Part shown: piece after piece, positions 1-13,600 of the stretch
How positions within the stretch are numbered: the first letter of the stretch is position 1
Layout of the letters: every line of letters begins with the position of its first letter
NCBI GenBank assembly: GCA_003602515.1
Contig: QQSB01000005.1
Span: 88,247-152,246, forward strand
DNA from: Candidatus Poseidoniales archaeon
GTDB taxonomy: Archaea > Thermoplasmatota > Poseidoniia > Poseidoniales > Thalassarchaeaceae
Direction: 5' to 3'
DNA length: 64,000 nucleotides
Notes under the pieces: generated by a model
Seen by the model: the letters and a program-made list of their open reading frames with translations, nothing else
What the model was told of the DNA's origin: nothing
Database searches by the model: none
Program-made: the position numbers and the translations under genes

Positions 1-2
1 CT

Positions 3-1586
3 TGGTCAGGTGAAATGACGCTATCGCAGAATGTCAGGGTGATAAATGGGGGGTCACTATCTTTCGCTAATTCACAAGTAGATATTAGCAATGGTGTAAA
101 AATCTATGTCGATTCAACATCCTTATTGACTCTAGAAAATTCTGGATTAAGTGCAATCGAGCCCCCATCTGGATTAGCGGGATTTGGATATTGTGACGAA
201 GATAACAGATCAGCAGTTTTGGCGTCTTCATCTTCCAGCCAGAATGTTAGGATGTACGTTCGGCCGATTCAAGGATTCACGCTGGACGGCGTAGTTGCGC
301 ATTTTGGAAACGATACCAAAGAGTTGAGCGGCGTTGAGGATTTCATTCCACTCGGAAACGGTCCGATTGATACTTGGGTTGGTTTGACCGGCCCGCTTTG
401 CCATCCGATTTCGCTTAGCGAGATCAGCGTGGAGAGGGCTGGCCAAGAGAGAGTCTGGACTGATGCGGCAGATTTCTCTAATCAAAATATGATGGTGAAC
501 GGAGTTCCCGGGTTCACGATTGAAATTGATGGCTCTATGAATTCAGATTCATCCTCCATCTTCGGTGGCCAGATTTCCTCATCGGGTGTCCTCAACATAA
601 ATGACTCAACCCTTAACAGGGTTGGACCGATCTTATTGACTAGCGACGATGCAGAAATCCATCTAGGAGGGAATACTGAATTAGCAAATAGCACTGATGA
701 TCACGATATCAGGGCAAATGCTCATTCATCGATAAACTGGGGTGCTGAAGTTGTGGGTTCTGGAGGTCTGACTGACAAGTGGGAGAGGCGTTTGGCCGGG
801 CAGAGACTAACATTCGATGCCATGTTCGTAACATACGAAATTACAGGAATGCACAGATTCCCGAGTTACTCAAACTTCAGCAACGAACTGGGAGTTTCAT
901 TCATCGATGGTGGGAGGGAGAGAGTGATCGAGATCGCCTGGTCCGAAGATAATACCTGGGAGGAAACTCCGATTTGGAGCGAGCAGGCAATTGTCACCAT
1001 TACTGATTTCAGAACTGCTTGGAATCCCGAGGAGTCAGGGATAGGAGACTATGGGGGCGGACAATTCGGGCTTTCCTGGGATTCGGAAGTAATCGTCGAA
1101 AACGGTACGCCGATGATGATGTGGAGTAGCTTGTCGGTGGCAGGAGAAAATGGGATTCTGAGTGAAGCCCCCCTCGGCGAATCGGTGAACGTTGATGCCG
1201 TAATTTACAATACCGGATCCGCCGCTGCATCATTGGCAATCAATTGCGAGGACGTCAGTACCAATACAACTGCACAAATCTCACCCTCATTCCCCAACTC
1301 CATCATCGGACCCGGGGAGCAAGTGACGATTTCGTTCAGTTGGAGGGTATCGGTCCTAGGTGAAGATTCCCTCTCCTGCAGAATTCTGACCCCTACACAA
1401 CTAGTGGATGAGTTTGCTTTCGGAGGAGGACAAATGTCCAGTCAGAATGTGAATTGGGTTGCAGCAGAAGATGATAGGGGAAACTCGCCCCTACCAGCCT
1501 TAATCGCATTAGCAATAGCGGCTTCTGTCGGAGGATTCTTTCTATTCTCGATATACAATGAAAGAGAAGAGGACCTAGAAGAATAG
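3..1586 (+). CDS. Membrane-anchored extracellular protein with C-terminal CARDB/Ig-like domain (probably 5'-partial)
   Basis: Frame is open to the window edge upstream of ATG 15. Acidic, Ser/Gly/Asn-rich. 'VIYNTGSAAA...IGPGEQVTISFSW' is a CARDB-like pattern, followed by a hydrophobic helix and a short acidic tail. Confidence 0.65.
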   Translation, partial: WSGEMTLSQNVRVINGGSLSFANSQVDISNGVKIYVDSTSLLTLENSGLSAIEPPSGLAGFGYCDEDNRSAVLASSSSSQNVRMYVRPIQGFTLDGVVAHFGNDTKELSGVEDFIPLGNGPIDTWVGLTGPLCHPISLSEISVERAGQERVWTDAADFSNQNMMVNGVPGFTIEIDGSMNSDSSSIFGGQISSSGVLNINDSTLNRVGPILLTSDDAEIHLGGNTELANSTDDHDIRANAHSSINWGAEVVGSGGLTDKWERRLAGQRLTFDAMFVTYEITGMHRFPSYSNFSNELGVSFIDGGRERVIEIAWSEDNTWEETPIWSEQAIVTITDFRTAWNPEESGIGDYGGGQFGLSWDSEVIVENGTPMMMWSSLSVAGENGILSEAPLGESVNVDAVIYNTGSAAASLAINCEDVSTNTTAQISPSFPNSIIGPGEQVTISFSWRVSVLGEDSLSCRILTPTQLVDEFAFGGGQMSSQNVNWVAAEDDRGNSPLPALIALAIAASVGGFFLFSIYNEREEDLEE

Positions 1587-1588
1587 CA

Positions 1589-4358
<2,770 letters not shown>

Positions 4359-4440
4359 AGTTGCACCATGAGATGCCAGTCGCCCATGTGCCTTGAATCG
4401 CTCGTTAGAGGTGGTAAGTGGAGGTTTTCTAAATTCCATT

Positions 4441-4480
4441 ATTGTATTTCATTTGCATTTCAATTGCAATACAATTATAT
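4441..4480 (+). promoter_or_regulatory. Putative operator (three 11-bp boxes) plus TATA box upstream of the RHH regulator
   Basis: TTGTATTTCAT / TTGCATTTCAA / TTGCAATACAA at 4442-4474, directly followed by TTATAT (4475-4480). The outer arms ATTGTATT...AATACAAT form an inverted repeat. Confidence 0.7.
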
Positions 4481-4518
4481 CCTGTACGCGTCTCTCGCAG
4501 ACTCAGGAGGAACAGAGG

Positions 4519-4884
4519 GTGCCCGGCAATAGTCCAATGGTCTCGCTAAGGATACCAGAGGACCACCTGCTGGAACTAGACAGACTCGTGGGCTTCGATG
4601 GCATGAGGAACAGGTCCGATGTGATTAGGGAGGCAGTTAGGAGAATGCTATCGACGCCACTGCCCGGTAAGGGGGGTCGAGTTGAGGTGGACCTGGGTCC
4701 TGATTTAACTATCAAACTGAGGGACTACTGCAAGATTGTCGGTGAGCCGGCAGACGTCGTCCTAAGGCAATCAGCCAGGGAGATGATTCGCAAGGAGATG
4801 ATCGAGGGGGCCACGGTTGTGGAACTAATCAGAAAGCGCATGGATGAGTTGCGCTTCAGGCACGATGAGGATTCAAACGCTTAG
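4519..4884 (+). CDS. Ribbon-helix-helix (CopG/CdrS-like) transcriptional regulator, probably tandem RHH
   Basis: VSLRIPEDHLLELDRLV...NRSDVIREAVRRML is a classic RHH. A second RHH-like unit reads VEVDLGPDL...ADVVLRQSAREMI. AGGAGG SD precedes GTG 4519. Confidence 0.85.
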   Translation: MPGNSPMVSLRIPEDHLLELDRLVGFDGMRNRSDVIREAVRRMLSTPLPGKGGRVEVDLGPDLTIKLRDYCKIVGEPADVVLRQSAREMIRKEMIEGATVVELIRKRMDELRFRHDEDSNA

Positions 4885-4895
4885 GAGAGAGAGAT

Positions 4896-5090
4896 ATGGG
4901 CGAAGCTGGGATGCACACAAAAAACTCGGGGGAGCGGCATGTCCGCTCCCCCAACCACCATTCAAGAGATGCCAGGAGATTCGGCAACGGACTGAGGAAC
5001 ATCAGAGACAGGGCAAAGAAGCTTAGTAACGCAGTTGGTTATGAGCCCAGTGAAGCCCCTCGAGTCCCCAGGGAAGCAGAACAGAGTTAG
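4896..5090 (+). CDS. Small hypothetical protein (64 aa)
   Basis: ATG 11 nt after the RHH stop, with an AGGAG-like SD. No recognised motif; contains a perfect 10-bp hairpin. Confidence 0.45.
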   Translation: MGEAGMHTKNSGERHVRSPNHHSRDARRFGNGLRNIRDRAKKLSNAVGYEPSEAPRVPREAEQS

Positions 5091-5107
5091 AACTCAATAC
5101 ACACACC

Positions 5108-5130
5108 GTCCCGTACCACGCGTGCGGGGC
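5108..5130 (+). terminator. Stem-loop, possible terminator of the RHH operon
   Basis: GTCCCGTAC-CACGC-GTGCGGGGC, a 9-bp stem with two G-U pairs that form only on the + strand. No U-tract. Confidence 0.35.
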
Positions 5131-5206
5131 AACCTGAATCTTCCCAGATGTAATCCCAATTTTCGGGATGCAAACTTATGGACGGTCAATTTCCCGATTC
5201 ATCTCC

Positions 5207-7204
5207 GTGTCTAGTTCAGGGTTGGCAAATAGCAGTCTTTTCTTCGCTCATGAGGCTCCAAGGGAGTCACAAATAGGAATGATATCTGATGGAATTGACG
5301 CATTGAAGAATAGGGGTTTCCTACTCGCCGCGGCACCTACGGGTATTGGAAAGACTGCTGCTGCACTAGCATCCGCACTAAATGCTGCTAATCAAAGTGA
5401 GAATCCAGAGATTCCAAAAATTATGTTTCTAACTGGGAGGCAATCGCAACACAGAATCGTAGTTGACACAATACGTGAAATCAACAAGAGGCTGCCAAGT
5501 GGATTCAGCAGGGTGAAAGTGGTTGACATCATTGGACGAGAGAGTATGTGCAAATCTGTAGATCGGTCAACGGGAAAGTGCAATTGTGAAATTGGGGTAA
5601 CTGAATCGGAGAGGAGGTTCCTGAGAGCGGACTTAGAGGAGTTCATCCATTCTGAACCGAGGCATGTTGATCAGGTTCTGAAGCGAGTCAGGAAGACAGA
5701 AGTGTGTGCTTGGGCAACTGCAAGAGAAGCGGCAAAAAATACTAGGGTAATCGTCTGCGACTACAATCACGTTTTCGTGGAGGGCGTCAGAGATTCTTCA
5801 CTCCCAGTAATGGGAATAGATCTAGAAAACACGATTCTAATCGTCGATGAGGCACATAACCTCCCGGATCGTATTAGGAGCGGCCTGGAGAGAAGGATCA
5901 CTCAGAAAGTATTCCAAAGAGCATTGTCTGATGTAGAAGAATACAAGGAGAGTACGGAGAAAAGAGAAGAAGACTTGGAGATTCCTGAATCGAATCAACT
6001 TAGGGAAGCAAAATCTCTAGAGAGACAAATTCGAGCTCTGAGGGATAATGCAAGTCTAAGGAAATGGTTCGAAGAGAAGATGTCTGAGAACCAACAAACT
6101 AAGGGAGATGACGTCAGAGTAGCGACTCAGGAATTCATAGACATTGTTTCGAAGGCCATAGAGGGAGTGCTAGAAGAAGAACCTGAAGACGATATTTCTC
6201 GTCTAAGGGGGATGATTGCAAGATTGTTATCAGTCGTAATCGAAGAAGATGAGGATTTAGAGGAAGATGACCAGAATGAATGTACTAGGCTTGCTGAGAT
6301 CTTGGAGATTTGTATCAGATATAGGAAAAATCCAGCATTGGCATTGGTCTTCGATGAGCTTTTAGATGAGCCAAGGATAACTAGTCATCTGCTGGATCCT
6401 AGTGTTGTTGGGGAGCCTATCTTCGAACAATGCCTAGGTTCGATATTGATGTCTGGAACACTATTCCCTCCAGAAATGTATGCAGATATACTAGGAGTGC
6501 CGAGTATTCGTTCTTCATGCAACGAGTATTCGTCGGATTTCCCCTTGGGCAATAGACCCGTGCTAATTGCAAGTGATGTGACAAGCAAGTTCACTGAAAG
6601 AGAGGAGTGTTTTTCTTCAATAATTAGCCATGTAAAATCTGTAATTGAGAACACGAAAGGAAACGTTGCCATTTTTGCCCCCAGCTATTCTATGCTAGAT
6701 AGGATTCATGACGAGTTTGAGAATACTTGGAGTCCAAAGAAAATAATCAGAGAAGAGCAGCGAATGAGTAAATCGGGAGTAGAGAGTTTGATCTCCAAAC
6801 TCTATGAGCAGAAGCAAATGGGAGGTGCTGCACTTTTTGGAGTACTAAGTGGAAAGTTATCCGAAGGTGTCGACTATTCGGAAAATGTTCTGAATGCTCT
6901 TGTTTGTGTTGGCCTACCTTTGCCTCCTCCGAGTGCCAGACAAGATGCCTTGCTAGAGTATTATTCGAAGAAGTATGATAGGAACCGTGCATGGAAGTAT
7001 GCAAGTCTTCAACCGGCTGTTAACAGCATACTGCAAGCCCTTGGAAGACCAATCAGGAAGAAGGAGGATAGGGCGATTGTAGTCCTCCTAGAGAAGAGGC
7101 TCCTAGAAAGAAGAGTCAGCAGTTGTATGCCTGCAATGCAGAAGATGAGGACATCGAAACCAGAGAGGACGGCTGAACGGGTCAAGGCATTTTTTGAGAT
7201 CTGA
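5207..7204 (+). CDS. xpd: XPD/Rad3-family Fe-S DNA helicase
   Basis: Walker A APTGIGKT, Cys cluster (GRESMC...CNC...VCAW), DEAH, SGTL, SEGVDY, QALGRPIR. Start uncertain (GTG 5207 or TTG 5222). Confidence 0.88.
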   Translation: MSSSGLANSSLFFAHEAPRESQIGMISDGIDALKNRGFLLAAAPTGIGKTAAALASALNAANQSENPEIPKIMFLTGRQSQHRIVVDTIREINKRLPSGFSRVKVVDIIGRESMCKSVDRSTGKCNCEIGVTESERRFLRADLEEFIHSEPRHVDQVLKRVRKTEVCAWATAREAAKNTRVIVCDYNHVFVEGVRDSSLPVMGIDLENTILIVDEAHNLPDRIRSGLERRITQKVFQRALSDVEEYKESTEKREEDLEIPESNQLREAKSLERQIRALRDNASLRKWFEEKMSENQQTKGDDVRVATQEFIDIVSKAIEGVLEEEPEDDISRLRGMIARLLSVVIEEDEDLEEDDQNECTRLAEILEICIRYRKNPALALVFDELLDEPRITSHLLDPSVVGEPIFEQCLGSILMSGTLFPPEMYADILGVPSIRSSCNEYSSDFPLGNRPVLIASDVTSKFTEREECFSSIISHVKSVIENTKGNVAIFAPSYSMLDRIHDEFENTWSPKKIIREEQRMSKSGVESLISKLYEQKQMGGAALFGVLSGKLSEGVDYSENVLNALVCVGLPLPPPSARQDALLEYYSKKYDRNRAWKYASLQPAVNSILQALGRPIRKKEDRAIVVLLEKRLLERRVSSCMPAMQKMRTSKPERTAERVKAFFEI

Positions 7205-7244
7205 CCAACAATGGGTTCATGCGAGTCGCACAACTGGGTATTGC

Positions 7245-7697
7245 ATGGAGTGGACTAGGGTCGATGTCCAATCTGATGCGGAGATGGGGGCAATTGGTGG
7301 TCTGGCGGATCTTAAAGTCGGCCTTGATACAGATGCAGAGTCTATGCATCGAGTCTTCCTAGATGAGTTGCCCCATCTATCAGAGGTAATGGAGATGCAC
7401 AACTCCGTAGTTTCTGAAGCAGAGTCTAGAGTCGTTAGCGAGTCCATTTCTACCTTGGGTGAGTTTGTCTCCGAGTTCGGGGGAGAGTGGTCGGGATCTG
7501 AAATAAGACTGCCCTTGCAAACAACAGAAAAGAGCGAGATTGCCATCGACACTATGATTGAAAATAACTCTCAGATTGTCCGAATGATCTCTCCGGAGAG
7601 GTTCGGCGGATTGGTGAGGAAATTCCGACTACCCGAGGGGAGGAGCGTTGCAGAGGCAATTTGGGAAGGGGAATTCATTTCAATCAAGTTAGATTGA
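7245..7697 (+). CDS. Hypothetical protein with C-terminal Hsp20/alpha-crystallin-like domain
   Basis: ERFGGLVRKFRLPE...AEAIWEGEFISIKL resembles the sHSP beta7-beta9 signature. TTCAT box 29 nt upstream of ATG 7245. Confidence 0.5.
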   Translation: MEWTRVDVQSDAEMGAIGGLADLKVGLDTDAESMHRVFLDELPHLSEVMEMHNSVVSEAESRVVSESISTLGEFVSEFGGEWSGSEIRLPLQTTEKSEIAIDTMIENNSQIVRMISPERFGGLVRKFRLPEGRSVAEAIWEGEFISIKLD

Positions 7698-7698
7698 G

Positions 7699-10600
7699 TC
7701 ATTCATCGATCTCGAAATGAAGATCCCTCTCTGGTATGTCTTGAATCGCCTCTATCTCCTGCATGACCGAAGAGAGCGCCAGTTGTGCGTTATCCCTATG
7801 AGTATCCCCGAGAACGTGGCTTGAGTACCTGGCCTCCTCGAAGATTCGATCCAAGGACACCAAGGAGGCCTCGCTGATTGGGAGGGCCGCCCGGATTGCG
7901 TGCTCGAACTCTCTCACAGTCTCGAAGCTCCTTCGTAGGAAGCCCCGGCGCATGAGGACCGAACACATATTGTCGTAGCACAGGAAGATTGCTCGTCGAT
8001 ATTCATCGCCAGATGCTAGCATCTCCACGGTCTGTCCCAGAACCTTGGCGAGTTCCCTAATTGTTGATTTTCTCTTAGTATTGAAAGCCATGGCTCCGAT
8101 GGCAATAGCGATGGCTGCTATCACCAGGGCACCGATTCCAACGGCTGCGCTGCCGAAGAAAGAGTCCCCCTCCTGTTTCTCATAAGTAATGGAAACGCCA
8201 GAGGATGGCAGTAAGGCGAGGCTACCTGGTTCGATGAACTCTGAGTCCGAACCAATCATCACGCCTAGAAGGCCCCATCCCTCTGGTGGCAGGGATTGTT
8301 CTGAAAAGGCAGGAAGGGGCGCCATTGACTTGAATTCATACTGGAAGACTCCGTCTTCTCCAGTTAGCTTGGAGACTGAGAAGTGAGTGGTACTGCCATT
8401 TACCAGACTGGCCGTTAGGGAAAGCCCCTCCAGAGGGGCCCCGGTATCCCTAGCCGTGGCGTTTACAGTTCCCTTGATTACCCTCTGACCGTTTGATAGA
8501 TCAAGTTCCGAGTATACGAAGTCAACCTCGATCATCACCAGAATCTCAATTTCCTTAGAAAGCCCGTTCAGGAATCTCGACTGGTCGGAGTCGACCACTA
8601 TGGCAATGACGTTCTCTCCGGGGTACATGAATTCCTGGGCCTTCGCTCTTATCTGGAAGTTCATCGTGCTCGGATTATCCCATGGCCCTGCAGTGATCGG
8701 AAGTTCAGACTCCCCCCAAGTTAGGCTCATGGAAAGGTTGGCGAAGATTGCTGATTCCCCTCCTACTTCTCTTACGAGTCCTTGAATCATTATTGAGCTA
8801 GAAGGAGAGGCATCGCCTCGAATGATAGTATTGGTAATTGGCTGTACCTCGACTACGATGTCAGACAGGGCAAAGACCTGCGAAACAGACTCTGCGGAGA
8901 GGTAGAGCAACTCGCCACCGAATTGGAATGAGACATTATGTGAACCTCTGCTCAATGCGTATTGCACTCTATGGCTGTAGGAGAAGAAGCCTCCTTCCTC
9001 CGTGACTACCAATTCGGCAGGAGTTCCATCCAAAAATATCGATATCTCCCTCCCCTCGAGGCCCTGCTCGAAACCGGTATCGGATTCGTAAAGCCGGCCG
9101 CTGAAGTTCCAATGGCCCCCCCTAGTAACATATGTCTGTTCGACCTGGTGTGAAATTGTGGTATGGTAAGAAACTGTGAAATTGGAATCTACCAATCCCT
9201 GCCTGTAGAATCCTTGTGCAGGCGAGATTGCAGAAATAGAATGGTTTCCTACATCCATAGACTCTGGGATTATCCACTCCAAGGACCAAATGCCATTTTC
9301 CTGGCTACTGGTGATTCCAACTAATACGCCATCTACGAATACCTCGATTGTTTGACTCCCTAGCCAACCATCCTCCAAGTTGTCCTCTGCAGTACCAGAA
9401 ATCAGCATGACGTCTCCGACGGCGATTGGCCCGATTGGATCCATTGTGAGGAAAACTGGGGAGAATACAGTGAATACCACGGATGATTCCGAAGGAAGAA
9501 GGAAATCCTCCCCAGCGAACTCTATCCCGATTACCATTGGTCCGAGTTCCATATCTGATGCAATGGGGACAAAACCTGTGAATGACCCATTTACGTCCAC
9601 AGATAGTGATGTAATCTCCTGCCCATTCACCGACATGGCAAGATCCCTATTTGGGATGGTCCGTCCTACGCCATCTGTTAGCACGCCTTCTACCACTGCC
9701 ACCTCTGTTCTGTCAATCTCGGCGGGCGGGGTAGAAATCACTACTTGAGTCGGTTGAGTGACATTGAACACCATTGAGTCGGAGGAGCCCAAATAGTATT
9801 CTGGATTTAGAGAGTCTCCTTGACCCATTGGATCTACCCAGGAAAATCCCCCTAGGAAGTCTACGCGAGCAGTATGGGGGCCGAAGTCCATATCTGAAGG
9901 GATCAGGTATGTTATCGACCACTGGCCCGTAGTAGCGTTGGAGAAAGTAGTGTAGGAGGGTCCGACGTCGATACCATCGACATACAGGTGAACAAGGCCG
10001 CCGCTAGAGTTGCCGTCATGTTGCAGGAGTTGCCCCCTTTCATCCAAAAGTGAGCCGACCAGAGTTACCGAACCACCCGATATGGATGGCGAGGATGCTT
10101 CCTTCAGGACCAGTTCTGTGGGAGCTAGAACGACTACTCGGGTCCATGCCTCATCACCCAGAAGGCCAATAGTCCCATTGATTCCCGAGAAGGTAGCTGT
10201 GACAACCATTGGACCTGGTTGTCTATCCGGCCTGACAAGTATTGATGCTGAGGCAGTGCCATTCGAATCGGACAGACCGCCCCATACGGTGAGATTGTCA
10301 ATTCTCACCACTATAGTCGCAGATGTTATTGGCCCGCCAGCATTATCGATTAGTGAAAGGGAGATATCGAAAGTTTCCCCTCTGACAGTCCTATTATCGG
10401 GGTCGAGGTCATCTGGGCTTTCTATGGTTAAGACCGAAAAACCTCTGCTATCGAATGTGGCAAACCCGGATGCAGAGGTAAAATATGTCACCTGCGGAGT
10501 GAAAGAAACATCCAATCCATGTACTCCTCGCGGGAATGATAGGTCGAGCCGTAGTTCCGCCAACCAAGATCCATCGGCGTTGAATGTTACTTGGGAAACC

Positions 10601-13600
10601 GTGAATGTACTGGAGTCACCGTCAATAGAGAATGTCAGTGTTGGATTCAAGGGGTTCCCAGAAATGTCGGCTAGTCCCGATCCGTTGCTTGATGTAAGAG
10701 ACCCGGTGACGTTGAAGAATTCTCCCGGTAGTGGGTTCGTGGTAATAGGATCTATTGCCATGGTGGCCGAAGATCTAACTGTAATTGTATTCAGAATCTG
10801 AACCGCTTGTTGGAGGTCAACGGACCCGTTGAATACGAAGGTGACATTCACAAGGCCAAGTGGGTGGTCATGGGGAACTTCGAATTCGAAGGCTACGCTG
10901 CCATCAGAAGCGGTGACTGCAGTTTCTAGCCAAGTATCATGGAAGCGGGCCAATACTTCGAAGCCGGAGAGAGGGTTCTCGTTATTGCTAAACTCGACTA
11001 GCCTAGTTGTGATGGTGATTGATTCGCCTCTGTCCACGATGGTGTTAACGAACGGATTAGAGTCGACGAATTGGGGAATTCCTATCACTAGTATTGATGC
11101 ATCTCCATTTCCTGTAAGATAGAATGGTGTCGAGCCATTGACTACGCTCACGACCACAGTCCTGTCACCTCTGAGGACACCGTTTCCTAGGGTATCAGTA
11201 GGGACAGTGAGATTGAATGCGCCCGACATATTAGTAGTCTGGTTTTCGATCAGAAGTTCGCCTGGTTCGTCTAGGAAGAAGACGTTGATTCCTACGGGCC
11301 CGTCTACCGTCCTATTTACATCTGCTGAGTCCATCACATTACCCACTAAGTTGAATGATTGTAGTGCAGTAACCTGAGAGGGGATTGAGTTGATCTCAAC
11401 CGAGCTAGCAACTTGCACTGTTAGGTTCACGAAACTTTCGTTCCCAAGCCATCTTCCTGCTTCGGTCGAAGTCAGCGTATCCGAAAGGTCATCTGGTGCG
11501 TGCACCCTGATGTCGTAGAATCCGGGTGGGGCAGTTGATGGTATGATTGGATCGAATGAGACCTGGCCTTGTGAGTTGGTGGTTCCGGATTGCAGGATAT
11601 CCTGCAAGGGCCCACCCCAGTCAAAGTATAGATCCAGAGCAACGCCAGAAAGTACTACATCTGGATCCTCAACATCTGTAACGGTTGATTGGAGCAGTAA
11701 TTCTTCTCCTGCAGTTACTATCGAGGCTTGGGGGTCGGTCTCGATGACGAACTCAGTCTGTACACCTAAATCTATTATGGTTGGATCTCCAGCATTGTAG
11801 TAGCTCCCTCCTACGGGAGGGTTTCCAGAGAAACTCAATGTGATATGAAGCTCGTACACACCAGAGGAGACGCCCTGTGGGATCTCGAATGAGATATTGT
11901 ATGTGCCCGTCGTTTCATCCACCCAACCGTTTGCGATATTGTAGGTGGGCCCGGCTGCTGGGAATCCACCGGGAGTTGGGGGGAGTTCAGAGGGTAAGAC
12001 AAGTTGCACCAATACAGAACTGTTGTTACCGGTGATCGGACTCTGCAAAACCATATCGTTTGCGGAACCAGAGACCCAATTTGTCGAGCCCCGTATAGAC
12101 CAATCACTAGAGAGGCTTGCAGAGGCATTACCCATTCCTCTGACCCTTAGAACTCCTGATGTAGAGTTGGGGCTGAGCCAAGTGGAGCCTCCATAGCTAA
12201 GATTCCAATCATAGTCCCCGGGAGTCATCGTGAATGAAGGAATGAAGGCAGGGGTAACCCGGCCAGCATCAGGATTTGATTCGTTCCAAACTAGATCGCC
12301 ATCAAAAATTAGTTCGTATTCGCCATCGAATGGGGCGAATGATGAGCCTGTGTGATCCTCCAGGAATACGTCAACTGCATACTCTCTGCCCCTAATCGCA
12401 AATGGTAGTTCATAGTCGAAAACAACGAAACTGCGTATACCATAGGTATCGATAAATTGCTCTTGGTCATTCGAATTTAAGTTGTCGGAGTCGAACTGTA
12501 GACGTACATCGACCGGTCCCGCCGGAAGAGGGACTTCAGAGGCGGAGAAGGACCAAATGATGGAGAATTCGCCGGAGTTGGAACCCCAAGAGGAATTATT
12601 CAGGTACCATGTAGTCAATTCTTGGAATGGTCCCGAGAGGTCGGCCCTACGCATCTCTAGAATCAATGTCCCGTTTAGCGGGGTAGGAGATGGCCCCCTG
12701 CTGAGAACCGTGCCATTGAGGTAGATACTGCTGCCGATTTCCAAAATCGAGTTATTCAGTCCCTGGGACTGGATATCTACTGTCAGGTTGGGAGAAAGCG
12801 TGATGTTGAACTTGAAAGGGAGGGATCCGGGTAGTGCGTGGTAAGAAGCAGGGGTGGCATTATTCAAATCGTCGAAATGCCAACCATCGAATGAAATCGC
12901 GGCATCCATCAATCCGAGTGGTTCTGTCTCATCGATTGGCACAATGAACTCGTAGTACCCTCCTCCAGATACTCCGGAAGCAATCGATACTTCGCCATCA
13001 ACGACTGATGAGTAGTTCAGAGTGACCTGTAGATCATCTACAATTGAAGGATCCAAGAAAGGTGAGTTCGCCCAAGAAAGTTGCCCGGTAATTGATGAGT
13101 TTACCCCGATTCCTAGCATTGGCTGTCCTACTGGATTTGGGCTCGTGATAGTCATAGATACGTTATCCGTGACATTTACCTGCCAAGGCATAGAAATCCC
13201 TTGCGTGCCCACATAACCCATCTCAGTGGTTAGTATTACCAAAGATCCGAATCCTGGTTGAATTATCTGTTGGGGGAGCCCGGTTAGGTTGAATGATCCG
13301 TTCTCATCCGTCGTCACATTAGCTACCAAGTGATCTAAGATGGCTGCACTCCCGGGCACCTGTTCGGATTGGTTTGGCTCGACGAGGTACATCGAGAGTG
13401 TGATATTTTCCACCAGAGTCTGGTTTTCTACAAACTCCAAGGTACCCTCGACCCAGATTTCCTCCGATGTAGTTGTGTTCCTCTGAACAGAAGTCGGACC
13501 CCAAGAATCCACATTAACCCTAACTTCAGACATCGGCGGGCAGGCTTCGAAGGGGATCCAACCGAGATCCAGCTCACCCTGGTTTTGATTGGTCTGCAAA

